Positions 51,772-64,000 of a stretch of 64,000 nucleotides of DNA are shown here, one piece after another. A program made the translations under genes and the position numbers. This stretch comes from Chara braunii. Taxonomy: Eukaryota; Plantae; Charophyceae. Positions within the stretch are counted from its first letter, which is position 1; each line of letters begins with the position of its first letter. The stretch spans positions 2,309,369-2,373,368 of the forward strand of contig BFEA01000031.1 of assembly GCA_003427395.1 (NCBI GenBank). Reading direction: 5' to 3'. The notes under the pieces were generated by a model. That model did not search any database, was not told where the DNA came from, and worked only from the letters and a program-made list of their open reading frames with translations.

Positions 51772-53369
51772 GTGAGAGAACTCAGAGAAGGCTAACTATT
51801 ACTATAATATTTGTTATTATTGTTATGCGGAATTACGTTTTTCTTTTTTCCTTTTTTAATGCCATTGTCATCTGCTTTGTCTATGGGTGTCCATGTTCAG
51901 ACCCTGGTTCGTCACATGTAGGCAAATTTTGAAAGTCGCTGATAGTTTTTGTGGATGGTCGGTTTCACGAGTCGACTCTTCCTTTGTTGTAGTGGTTTCG
52001 CTGTTGATTGACCGTCTGACATGTTTACCGGTAGGTAATTATGATGATTATGTATATCATGTACTCGCGATGTTTCGAGGCTGCACTTTATGTTCATTGG
52101 TGAGTTTCTGAGGCATCACTTGATACTGGTTGGTGTTTCTCCATGCTGCACTTTATGTGCATTGTTGTTTGACCCTTCTCTTGCCGTTTGTTTTTGGCTG
52201 GCTGATGTTTCTTATGAATCTTGTTGGAATTGTCGTGAAACCTGATATTTTCTTCTTTGATTCGGGGTCGAGCTGCTCAATCTTGTTGAATTTATGTGAA
52301 CTGTTTGTGTGAATTTCTGTGAATTGATTACTTCACCTCAGATTGTAGGTAGTGGGTGAGGAGCCGGTGCTTCTCCATGCTTGTTACGCTGGACAGTATG
52401 TGCAGTTCTTTAGGCTAAACCGATGTCACTATACTTCTCAACATTGTTACTTCATAATTTTTTAACTGTTTGGAAAAGTCTGTAGGATAGCAACGTTACG
52501 CTAATGAAAAGGGGGAAATCGAATGCCTTTGGACCATAGACATGTTGAAGTCGACCGCAGTCTTGAAGACTCTACGAAGGCAGTGGCAGTTGATTTGATT
52601 TGCCCGTTTTTTGGAAGGGTCACCCTGGTGGGCGAAAGCTGCGGACCTTGTGGGAAAATTTGTAACGGAGTAATTCTCAAATTGTTGGAGTTCTTTAGCT
52701 GGTGAATATTTCGAGTTTTGGTATGATGATAACTTCGTTTCAAATTTGCTACACCCCCCGTACATAGGGGTCTGTTTTGCGTGCACTTACCACGTCAAAT
52801 GTTATAAATTTTGAGGTTTTTTCCGATATATTATTTTCCTTACGTTGCACTCGGTTCCATTTAATTTTGTTTTCTGCTTTCTTCATCATGCGTAAGCGCT
52901 GTAAACGAATACAGCGCATAGGTTTTTTCTATTCGAGTACAACACGTAGTGTCTTCTGATTTTTGCCTCACCCGTGGATTTGTCCCATTAGAAAGACCTT
53001 CTGGTGCAAAAGTTCCTTTTCATTTTGTTAGTCTTCTTATTTCTACATAACGCATATGCGTTGTAGACGAATACAACGCATAGGTTCATTTCTATTCGAA
53101 TACATGTATCGTCTTGCACTGGATTCGGAAGTCTTCACACTTGTCTTCCCCCAAATAGAATGTAGGGTCATTGCCGGGGCATCTGGAATGAAATTTGCCC
53201 CGAATTCAGCTATGCGGACGTTTTATTCGGGGGAGATGCTACATATTACGGGGCCCGTAGCTGTGTATGGATGTGGAAGTGCGGTTCGTGTCGAGGTCTA
53301 TGCGCGTGGACGGTCTCCCGGTACTTAGATGATGGAGTATACGTGCACCTTGGGTAAGTGGACACTACC

Positions 53370-53487
53370 TACGGTCTTCACCCGAATACAACGCCCGATC
53401 ATTATCACTGCATGTGGAGTCGTGGACTGAAAAGTTGCTCCTAATACAGCTATCATGATTGGGCGTTCTACTCAGCTGAAGACGATA
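53370..53487. mobile_element. Hairpin MITE, same family, in GolS intron 1 (other copies and fragments at 53050-53240 and 53945-53978)
   Basis: TA-cggtcttcacccgaatacaacgccc...gggcgttctactcagctgaagacga-TA. Confidence 0.75.
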
Positions 53488-54569
53488 GGCCGAGAGGTGT
53501 TTTGTGAATTGAGCCGCGGTTAGACTCTTAGCCTATTGTGAGTACGTCACGTCGCTGCCGTCGGACTTTCTTCTGTTTCGTCCTTTTCCTGTGACGTCCG
53601 GAGAAAATCGGCACGTTGTGAAACGGGTTGAGAGATTGGTACAGCAGCTGAACTGAAGCATGAAGATGGTTGGTTGTGCGTTTCAGAAGGTGGTTGGTTG
53701 TGCGCTACAGTAGGGCCTCGCTCCCCACTACTCTTCACATGCACAAAAGGTATGGCGGAGATTCCATGTTCTAGCTGGAAATCCATTCTCAATTTGCACA
53801 TTTGGTGAGTACTGGAGCGAGGCCCTAGGTGATATTTGAGCACTTTACTGTGTGTGGTGTTTCCTGGTTGAATCCGCGTGGGGGTATGTGTGGGGCTTTA
53901 GGCGGCTACGCGAATAGAAATCATAAGAAATGTACGTAGGCCGAATGACCGTACGTTCCATTCGGGGAAAGATGGGTAGGCTCCTTGGAGACTTCTCGAA
54001 CCCCGATGTAATGATATTGATGAGCTGCGGGGCGATTCGTCTGCCAGCATAGTGTTCATAATGAGCGGGAGTCGGGAGATTACATGTTGCGTGCTTTCTC
54101 GTGCTTGCCTTTGGCTGCCTGCCTGCTTTCCTGCCGATATGTGTTTTGACTCTTGAGCTGGTGAAATGGTTTTCTCTTTTGACTGGCAGTGGGTCTGTAT
54201 GTATCTTCGGCTTTGATTACCGCAGCCCCGTGGAGGTTAAGCACAGGTGGTCAGTTACGAGTCGGGACATTGGGCCTCGCTCCAATACTCACGAAATGTG
54301 CAAATCGCTCGAAATGTGCAAATCGTTAGTGAATCTTCTCCTAGGACATGGAATGATACGTTGCCATGATTTGTCTTTTGTGCATGTCGAGAGTAGCGGT
54401 ACCAAGCCCGTTACGTGCTGCGAGCTTTCCCGTACTTATCTTTGGCTGGCTGGCTACCTGCCGATATGAGCTTTTGAATGTGTTTTGGAACGGGTTAAGT
54501 GTGCTTATGTTTTCTGACCGGCAGTGGGTCTTATGTGTGTCTTCGGCTTGGAACTTTTGGTGGCCGCAG

Positions 54570-54811
54570 CCCCGTGGAGGTAAAGCACAGGTGTTCGCAG
54601 TCAGTTATTATGCGTGGAATTACACGAAGCTGCAGATTTTTGGATTCGATGAATATCAGCGATTGATCTATCTGGACGGAGACATGCTGCTGCTCCAAAA
54701 CCTAGATCACCTTTTCTGGGAGCCGCTGCCAATCGACGGCGCAGGAAGGGTAGGAATTGCGGGTGTCAAGGACTGCTTCTGTGAGGGAGAAACTCATCCC
54801 AGGGAGAGAAG
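54570..54811 (+). CDS. GolS: Galactinol synthase-like GT8, exon 2
   Basis: FAVSYYAWNYTKLQIFGFDEYQRLIYLDGDM..NLDHLF..GVKDCFCE contains the NYSKL-like, DxD and DCFCE GolS motifs. Acceptor CAG|54570 (in-frame alternative at 54591). Donor AG|GTAAGA, phase 2. Confidence 0.9.
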
Positions 54812-55108
54812 GTAAGAGATTTGGACACCTGATCAGTACGTCTTCAATTCAATTTTTTTATTTTTTTTGGTGTGTGGTGACAACTTGAAAGCGATTGCGG
54901 GTTAAACTTGTAAACTTCGGTTGAGTGAGATTCTTTTGTTGTGTTTTCTCTTGAGGGAGAAAGGCCGCCCTGCTGCTGATTTAGGTTCTCCGCCGTCTTT
55001 GTCTTCTCTGTTGAAATGTGCCAGGGCGAGTATGCCCTTTTATCAGAATGTGCCCGTCCCAAACTCTCCGAACAGCGAGGACTTGAACCTGTCAGGTGCG
55101 CCTGCCAT

Positions 55109-55518
55109 TAGCAAAGAGGATTGGATTTAATAGAGGAATCTGGACGTGTCTGTGGAGAGATGCAAGAGTTGCCATTGGTCTGCTTTTCTGCATCTCTGCG
55201 GAGAACACATCCAGATTCAGGAATTTGATCCAATCTTCTTTGCTAGTGTGACCAGGCCCCAGGTGCTCTTACCGCTTGCCGGGTAGTAGTCTGTCACCGA
55301 TGATAATTAAAAAAAAGATTGGGTTTAATTGAGGAATCTGGACGTGTCTGTGGAGAGATGCAAAAGTTGCCATTGGTCTTCTTTTCTGCATCTCTGCGGA
55401 GAACACATCCAGATTCAGGAATTTGATCCAATCTTCTTTGCTAGTGTGACCAGGCCCCAGGTGCTCTTACCGCTTGCCGGGTAGTAGTCTGTCACCGATG
55501 ATAATTAAAAAAAAAAAA
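55109..55518. repeat. Tandem duplication of about 198 bp containing a long foldback
   Basis: gaatctggacgtgtc at 55136 and 55334. Arms tagcaaagaggattggat / atccaatcttctttgcta. Confidence 0.85.
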
Positions 55519-58500
55519 CGACTGTCCGGTGAGCTCATCCGAGCACATGTCCAAACCGTCCGGTCAGCACATCGAGTATATTAGGGTGTACGGTGACAGG
55601 GGCGTTCTGGCCAGTGCAACAAACCGGACCTGTGGACCCAGACACCTTTGCTAGGACGTCCTCGCACCCCTCACTGACGCGTTGCAGCTGATGAATTGTC
55701 CGTGTGTACGGTGCAGACCTATGTCGGCTTGTCCGTGTGTACCGTGCAGACCCATGTCGGCAGGGTTGATGACATGCTGTTTTTCATAATTTCGCGAAGG
55801 ATGTAGCAGCTGGCAGATTAATGTTCTAGTGTTGCGGGAAGAAGTGGAACGCTTGATCTTCCTTCTGAGCGCGGAGGCGTAGCCCTTGTGTAGACGGGGA
55901 ACGCTATCACCTTCACAATGCGGAGGCATAGAGCATCGTGCGGAGGCATAGAGCATCGTGTAACACTTCGCGAGAGTATGCCGTTCTGAAGTTGTGAGGG
56001 CATACTCGCACTTGCTCTTTCGCAAATGCATGTGGCTTCAATGTAGCCTTACGTGGATGCATCTGACGGCAATCACGGCCACTTCTCAGCCGGAAAAGTG
56101 TAGTGTGAGCATGGCCTAAAGCATGCTGGTTCTTCAAATTTCGCGGATGGTCAGCTTGCAAGTCTAGTGCAGTGGAATGGGATGTCATTGCTGGTCCAAG
56201 TATCGGAGAGCAATTACTTGAAACTTTTGAAAGGCCCCGGCCGTTTTCAGTGTTTGCTCCGGAACGCTCCCGAACAAATTTTTAGTGAACCAGAGTCTAT
56301 CTATAGACTGCGAGCTACAGCAGCTATGCAGTGGTCGTAGCGTGTTGTGTCAGCGGCTGAAGTGCGGACTGTTTTGAGGTGTATCAGAGCACTGTGCATT
56401 TGCATAGCATATGAGGTCAGGTGCATTGATGACCACTCGACAGTGGAATGAATGAATTCAACCCATTTTTTCACCTGGCTTACTCATCCGTGAAATAAAT
56501 AAATAAGCCAGAGTGGCCTTCGCGCCCTTATTTGACTGGAGGCTTGGCCTCGAACTGTGGTGGGTGCGGTGATCCGATCATCGTTGATGTGCATCTTGAA
56601 GGGTGGTTAATTGGTAATCATTGGGGTGCAGTTGTATTCGGCGGCTTCAAAGACTCGCAAAGCTTTTTTTCGTTTTGCTGATGTTTTCTTTGAACATGAT
56701 GCGGTGGTTTTGGTAAATGGGAGAAGTACCTAGGTACTCCCAAAGGTATTCTTGAGGTATAGTACCTAGTTGGTACACCCAGACTCTCTGTTCTGGAGGT
56801 ATAGCATAGCATTCCGCATCTCCATGGCATAAGGGGCCAGGTGCACTTGACAGGTGCGGACGGCACACAGGTTATCACAGGCAGAACAGAGCCGACAAGA
56901 TCGCGTGTGTCTCGTCTCCGATTCTATCGAGCTCCCGTTTTAATGACCCGCACAGTTCTGCTCGCGTAAGGCAACAACTGCTAGATTATGGGAGTTTGAC
57001 CGTACGGGGGCGCATGACGGCTTGAAGAGGGTCTCCGTATTTATCGCGGAATGCTCCAGTCGTGGTGGACAGAGGCAACTCTTCCTCGTCGGAACCTCTG
57101 TGAATCCGAGTGGCAGTCATTTGACTGTACACGCAACTTGTAAGATACGATCTTACCTCTGTGAATGCGAGGGGCAGTCATTTGACTGTACACGCAACCT
57201 GTAAGATACGATCAGCAGAACGCGTGTCGATAGTAGGAGAGAAATGGAGTGGCGTCGAGGTTTTGGATTTCGAGGGGCGATCGTTGTGGCCCAATCATCT
57301 TCCCGTCCGGCACGAGTTTGTGGCATTTTTTGTGAATGGAATCGTACTGGTATCGTAATGAAAGTGCATACTTCGTACATGGTCTGAAATTGAATATTAT
57401 GGGGTAGCATTGGGGTTTATTCAGAATATGTTGGTGCTCAATTCCGTCATTCATATCGGAACAGTGCTCTTGATGAAAGGGGGAGTTGAATGCTGGTGCT
57501 AAATTCGGTCATTCATATCGGAAAAGAGAAAAGTTATTTGTGTGACAGCGTGCTCTTAGTTTCGTCTAGCATGCTTGTAAGTGAACATGCAGGCCGGACA
57601 TTTTGGTGGTGCGAAGGGGGAGGTTAATGAATGGACGGTTCTCGGTGTCTTCTGACGAAAGAATCAAGGATGTATTAAGTCGTGAAGTATTGAGCAAATG
57701 GTGTCAGCCTCTTTATGTAAGAAGAGTGCAAATGAACAATAATTGTTTTCGGGTATCTTTTGGGAGAAAAGGGATGGGGGAAAGTTTGGTGTTGTGAGAT
57801 GAGATGTCTGTCTTGGGGGATTCAGAGGAATGAAGAGGATGACGTTTAGGGAATCAAGAGGATGAACTTTGGGTAGTATGACCTTTGGAGCTTCGTGCTC
57901 AGGGCTGAGTTGTTGTGTTCTTTTCCTTCGACACCGGTTTGTTTGATTTCGCCGAAGAAATTCATTGGTCCTTCGAGCGATCGTCCTCGTGTTATGAGCG
58001 CTCTCAGTGCACTGCCATACACTCACGGAAACCGGAAAATGCCCTCGGAAAGTCTTTCGGAGGCGGCACAGTCTGTTCTCGATTGCGTTTCTCCATTCGT
58101 TTTCTGTGTGATGTGAGCGTCCAATGTCCCGCCTGTCAGTTGATTGTGAGGAACTTTGCAGGTAAGGGAAGGACCATGTGCCCGACCCCCGACACCCCCC
58201 CAACACCCTCAGGTGCCCCTCCGCCTCCTCCGCCCCCTCCCTCTTCTTTCCCCTTTCGTCCCCTCTCCGCTTTCTATGATCGTATGTTCCCGAATACACG
58301 CTCTCCATCCTGCTGTACTTGCATACCCTCGCAAGACGTCCCTCTGAGTCCAAACACGTAACTGTTTTCCACCTGCCCCTGCGTCCTTCTCCTATCCCAT
58401 CCGAAATGATAAACCACCCTCCATCGTTTATCCCTCCTACATGCGCTGTACATGTCTCCACAGTATATAAGACATACGTTTAAAACTGTGCGTATTATCA

Positions 58501-58963
58501 TTCTAAATGACTTCCAAATGATAATCCACCCTTTCATCATTTGTCCCTCCTACATGCGCTATATATTTCTCTACTGTATATAAGACATACGCTCGAAAAT
58601 TTGTCGTATTTTATTCTAAATGATTCTCTCGCCTGTAAGCGTGAATTGTGTCAAATGGGATTCTACTCGTCTTTAGTCCAAACACCAAACTGTTTTTCAC
58701 CTGCCCCTGCGTTTTTCTCCCAACCCATCCGAAACGATAACCCACACTTTAATCATTCTTCCCTTCCACGTGCGCTGTATACTTCTCTACCGTATGTCTT
58801 TACGCTTGAAAACTGAGCGTATTATCAGTTTAAATGATTCTATTGTGTGCAAGCATAAATGGATTCACATGGGATTCTGTATTTTATGGGATTCTGTATT
58901 TTAGGGATGGGATTCTGTATTTTACGCATGGGAGTATTTTAGGCATGGGATTCTGTCTTAGGC

Positions 58964-59068
58964 TACCGTCTTCCTCAAACATAACGCACCCGGATAGTAT
59001 GTATACAAGCTATCTTTCTAGTTGGGTACAGTCGTAATCAGGGCGCGTTGTGTTCGGGGAAGACGGTA
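58964..59068. mobile_element. Hairpin MITE, same family, in GolS intron 2
   Basis: TA-ccgtcttcctcaaacataacgc...gcgttgtgttcggggaagacgg-TA. Confidence 0.75.
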
Positions 59069-59580
59069 GCGGCAGGCTAATGTAGGGCAGCAGTAGTTCT
59101 GCATTTGATAGGGAAGCCCCGGGAGCGATTATTGCACAGTTCCCTGCCGTAGTTCGTTTCATCACGAGGTACATTATTGCATTTATTATTGTCAACGTAG
59201 TTTGCATGGACCACTAATTATGTTGTTGTCATGCCAAAATCTATGCCATTTACTAGAAGGTACGGCACTCGGCACAAATCACTATGATCCTAATCATAAT
59301 GTGAATTTGAAGCAGCGAGTTGTTATCGAGAATTCGTTGTGTTATTTTTGGAATGGTCATATGAAGCTAAACCATCGAGTAGGGTATTATTATTAATGTA
59401 TTTTAATATATACTATGCAAAAGATACAACCTCAATGACTGACTATATTCATCATTATTATTCAAACCTACTAAGGCAGTTGGATATACTGGAATTATTA
59501 TGACATTATGGGAATGTTGTTATTGGATTGGACATATGAACGTAAACCACTGATTATTGTACATACTAATATCTTAATAG

Positions 59581-59618
59581 CTGTCTCTTATACACATCTA
59601 GATGTGTATAAGAGACAG
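59581..59618. other. Nextera mate-pair junction adapter (assembly artefact)
   Basis: Exact CTGTCTCTTATACACATCT+AGATGTGTATAAGAGACAG (Tn5 mosaic ends). Confidence 0.98.
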
Positions 59619-61235
59619 TATCATACATTATGGGAATGTTGTTATTGGATTGGACATATGAACGTAAACCACTGATTATTGTACTTACTAATATCTTAGT
59701 ATGCTGAAAAACTTTTATGTCAACCGGTGCATATAACCTCAATGACTGCTTATATCATTTCTATTCAAGCTTACTAATGCATTTGGATAAGGTGAAGTTC
59801 TTATGATATCATTATTTCTTACGTATAAAATTGTGGGTGCAGGGTGTCCCCCGTGATGAACTGATCAGTGTCTGTGATTGGCTGGTGAATGAGATCTGCT
59901 TCATTGCAGCTGAAGTAACGCAGGTGGCAGATGGCTTCTGGAGGAAGTTCCAGTCCGTCATGCAGCAACGGGGGCTCAATAACTAGTCCAGTGTCCTGCC
60001 CCTAGGACGGGGTTCTCGCCGTTGTCTCAGCCTCTTAAGGCTGTTTGTGACCCCACTCTGCCTGTTTGCTAGTCTGTCTGCCTGTTGTTTGGCTGGCTGG
60101 ATGGTGGCCGACTGGTCTGCCTGGCTGTCCTTGCCTTGTGTTTGTCTGTCTACCTGCCCGCCTACCTCCGTGTCCGAGTTGTGCTTGTGTGTGTTTGTCT
60201 GTCCGGGTGCGGCGGGTGGTTGTCTGTCGGGATGGTTGTCTGTCGGGTCATGGCCTTCGTTTGTGCGTAGGCCCTGCCTTTTGGATCATGATGTTTTCGA
60301 CTGTCTCGCGGTGTTCTTCTGTCTGTCTGGGTGGTTCTCTGTCCGGATGTCTGTGTTCATGGCCTTCATTTTGTGCATGTACGAATGCCTTCATTTGCCC
60401 GTACGCATTCCTTCGTTTGTGCGTACACATGCATGTTGGATGGTTGTTTTGGACAGTAGTATGTACGTCATGATGTGATCCTGCCGTATGAAAGTTTCAG
60501 GGAGTCTCAGAATGGATGCCCTGCCCTGTTGATAGTAGGGTGTCCACTGTCCTCATGTCGTAAGTCATGTGTGTGTTCTAGGAATGAAAAAATAATGACC
60601 TAATCTTGTTGGATGATTGTTCTGAGCTTCAAGTTATGTGTGTGTGCTAGGAAGGAAGAAATAATGACCTAATCTTGTTGGATGATTGTTCTGAGCTTCA
60701 AGTTTTTCTGACCACCAATCTCACGATTCAAGTTGCCTGAGCATGAAAGTTTTGTAGAGAACGTATGCCAAAGTTGGGTGATTGGCCTTTGGTCTTGATT
60801 TGAATCAACTTCCCGGCCAAAGAATTTGTGGAAGTTCAGGTGAGTCGCCACCTGGGTATTGTGATTTCAACTCATTCGAGTAGTGTTCCTGACCACAGTA
60901 TTCCTGAGTCCAGGTGAGTCGGTGTCTGGATGTCGTTAGCTGGATCCTATGGATGTTGGTCTGAATGTTACACTTATGCATGGTGATAGCACTTGTAAGC
61001 ATGTTGATGCCCTCACAAAGAAAAGGGCATGTTGATGCCCTCACAAAGAAAAGGGAGTTCAGGTGCATGTTGATGCCTTCACGAAGACAAGGGAGTTCGA
61101 CTGAAGACCTCGAAACAAATGAATGAATGTTACTTCGGAAGTTTGCTATGTATAGGATTGGTGACGAGCACTTCGTTCCGCATTTTTTTATTTGTGGAGT
61201 TTTTTTTTTTTCGGTTTTTTGCAACGTCTTTTTGT

Positions 61236-61764
61236 GGGGACTAGTGCGTGCAGTAGCTCTAATGTTCCTCTTTTTTTCTTGTTCTTTTCTTTCTTGTTCT
61301 TTTTTCCTTTTCTTTTTCTTTTTGTTTCCCTTATTTGGCTCTCTTAATGTATTGAAGGCCCATGATGTGAAATGTGAGGGCTCCTGTGGTTTCAGTCTGG
61401 TCTTATTTCAGGAAGAGTTGGTGGGGTTGATGATGTGAGGCGCCTGTGGTTAGCTAGGGTTCCCAGGAAACTGCTGCCTTGCATAAAATGTTAAATGGGA
61501 CTAGTGCGTGCAGTAGCTCTAATGTTATGTACGTCCTCTTTTTTTCTTGTTCTTCTTCTTTCTTGTTCTTTTTTCCTTTTCTTTCTTTTTGTTTCCCTTA
61601 TTTGGCTCTCTTAATGTATTGAAGGCCCATGATGTGAAATGTGAGGGCGCCTGTGGTTTCAGTCTGGTCTTATTTCAGGAAGAGTTGGTGGGGTTGATGA
61701 TGTGAGGCGCCTGTGGTTAGCCAGGGTTCCCAGGAAACTGCTGCCTTGCATAAAATGTTAAATG
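61236..61764. repeat. Tandem duplication of about 260 bp in GolS intron 2
   Basis: gggactagtgcgtgcagtagctctaatgtt...cataaaatgttaaatg occurs twice. Confidence 0.9.
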
Positions 61765-62630
61765 CAGTATGTCGGGCTGTTTCTGGAATAGAGTTGTGAG
61801 CTGGGCTACCAACGGAGCTGCCGGGGCCCCATGCTCCCCACCCCCCGCCCCCCTTGGTTGCCTGAGGAACTAGGCATAATTCATTGTAACAGTTGTCTGT
61901 TGAGGGATATCTCACAGGTTTGGGTAGAGACCGTAGAGATGATTAACGAGTATTGAATCGTTGTTTCCTTTCCCTTCCTTGCACGTTTATCAGTGTTGCT
62001 CAGCAGTTGTGGAAGTGGCTGCCAATGCCTGCCGCTCTCTTCTATGTGTGCCTATGATGTTGCCGCCGACTTTTTGCGTAATATGTGAGGGCAGATGAAT
62101 CGGCACCATGATACATTTTGCTTCCGGCTGTCCATCGTTCCTCTTAACTTCCTTACCATTTGCGATACACATTTTCAGGGACCCAGTCGGGAATGGGCTG
62201 TGAAAAGCCATGCCTTAATACTCTCTCTCTCTCTCAGTTGAACTTGCCGATATGATCATCCTCTACAGGAAAAAAATGGGATCCTGGTATTTGAGAGAAC
62301 CTGGTCTCAAGAGGGGCTCGAAAAGGGTCCGTTCCGTGCCTCTATTTATTTGGACCTGAGCAATCTCACGACTCTCAAAGATCATTTTAGACCCGCGCAG
62401 TCTCATAAAAGATCATTTTGGACTCTATTCGTTATTATCGTCAAGGGCCTTATGGCACGTTAGTGGGTACTGTCACTGTGCCCTCATCTGTAGCAGGGGG
62501 AGGAGAGCACACGAGACTCGTCATGTGCTGTTGCAGTGTTTCTCACACACCTATGTGTGTTTGTGAATGTTTCTGTCTTTGGTTGTTGTGCCTGTCTTCC
62601 TGACCCCGATTTTATTTGTGGGCATATCAG

Positions 62631-63312
62631 AGGGGAGGGTTATTGCCAGGTGGATCCCGATACACATCCATGGACGTTGGAGCTGCCTTTGCCAGCACCA
62701 TATATAAACGCTGGTTTTTTTGTCTTTGAGCCGAGCAAAGCTGTCCTGCAGGATATGTGCAGCCAACTCCAGAAGTATGAGCCCACACCTCTGGCTGAAC
62801 AGGACTTCCTGAACGACTACTTCTGCAGAAGAATCAAGATCCTTCCAAATGAATACAATGTGCTGATGCCGCTCTTGTACAATCATCCTACTAGGGTTAA
62901 TCTGGATGAGGCCAAGCTGATTCACTTCTCAGTGACTGGATCGAAGCCGTGGAGGTTCGACCCTCGAGAAAAGAACATGGATCACAAGGCCATTCAGCAG
63001 CTGGTGGCTTGCTGGTGGGAGGTGTATTGTACAGATATGAAGTCGATTCTCCAAGCAGCTGCTGCCGAGCCTCTGCCCTGGTCTTCTCCAGATGATGATG
63101 ATGATGATAATGACACTAGCAATTGTGGAGTGAACAATTCTGGACTGCGCATTAGAGCAGATTTCGACTGTGAGCAGCACAAGGTTTGTTTCCCAGAGGT
63201 TGAACTGGATCGGTCGGACATGGAGAAGCTGGACACGGTTTTCAAACTGACAGGCCGTCCGGGTATCAGCAGAAATGGAAGTGACGGTTGCAGCACCACA
63301 GTTCAGTCCTAA
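62631..63312 (+). CDS. GolS: Galactinol synthase-like GT8, exon 3
   Basis: Acceptor TCAG|A completes AG|A (Arg) in phase with exon 2. Reads GYCQ..PYINAGFFVFEPS..PTPLAEQDFLN..YN..HP..LIHFSVTGSKPWRF..NMD..WWEVY, stop TAA at 63312. Spliced CDS is 2499 nt, or 832 aa. Confidence 0.92.
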
Positions 63313-64000
63313 AATTGTTGTAGATGCGACAGGTCAGCTGCCGCAGCCCTCGAGTTTCACTTCACAGAGTGCTGTAACAGTTGTGCTGTTGTGAACTGCA
63401 TCCCGTCGCATGCTCTGCCATGCTGTCCACGGGCCACCAATGCTGTGAGCTTTCTGTGCAACGGGGTCTGTTAATTGAAGAGGGGGGTGACATTGTCTAC
63501 ATTGCCCATGATTGCCGGAGTGTGGAGTGGTTCATGGAGTTGGGGTTCACGGAAGGGGCACCAGTGTTGATTAGATTGCTTTTGTGTGAGGATTTCCTTC
63601 TGCGGCCATGTTAATCACGACTTTATCACCTCAGGTCTGCAGACTGCAGTCTCTGATTCCAACTGAAGTTTTGGAATGAGAATGCATGGAGCTTGTGCAT
63701 AAGATGTTGGCCATAGTATTAGTGTAAATTTCGGAGTGTTAACACTGTTAAGCATAACCACAGTGCGGGCATTGCGGCGCCCATGTTGCTCTGCGGCGCC
63801 CATGTTGCTCTGCGTGTACGGGGTTTGAGATGGTTCTGCAGTCATGATTGTGTAATGGAAGTCTATGGCACAGAAACATATCCACACCAAACAAAGGCGC
63901 CTCCAGAACCATTACTACGCTCAAAGATTCGCAAGTGTTCTGCCATACACCATCCCCTCAATGTTGCACTACATATTTGTGTAAGGGCCTATAGGCTATA

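Noticed and set aside
59581-59618. Tn5/IS50 insertion or horizontal transfer
   Set aside because: Back-to-back synthetic mosaic ends are a sequencing adapter.

Overview
Repeat-rich eukaryotic DNA from a green plant lineage. The plant-type U6/U2 sequences, a galactinol synthase-like gene, a plastid-type FKBP, multi-kb introns and (AG)n/(AC)n tracts resemble a charophyte such as Chara, but the organism is an inference. Two host genes can be reconstructed by splicing. On the minus strand are three phase-compatible exons of an FKBP-type PPIase (12948-12832, 9981-9895, 9029-8945), missed by the ORF track and probably continuing off the left edge. On the plus strand is a 3-exon GolS-like GT8 gene (50197-63312, about 832 aa) with a roughly 460-aa acidic repeated N-terminal extension, preceded by a tandem repeat holding 12 W-boxes. 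The rest is nested hAT-like elements, a truncated L1, several MITE families, SINEs, and U6/U2/tRNA pseudogenes. Two diverged copies of an unclassified multi-kb element (about 31.0-35.5 kb and 40.6-44.2 kb) carry the tail of a small spliced minus-strand gene followed by arrays of structured repeats. The most striking is an array of 8 motif copies at 40605-41232, most forming hairpins with covarying stems, a near-invariant UGUG bulge, a cUUCGg tetraloop and unique spacers. A Nextera mate-pair junction adapter at 59581-59618 is an assembly artefact.
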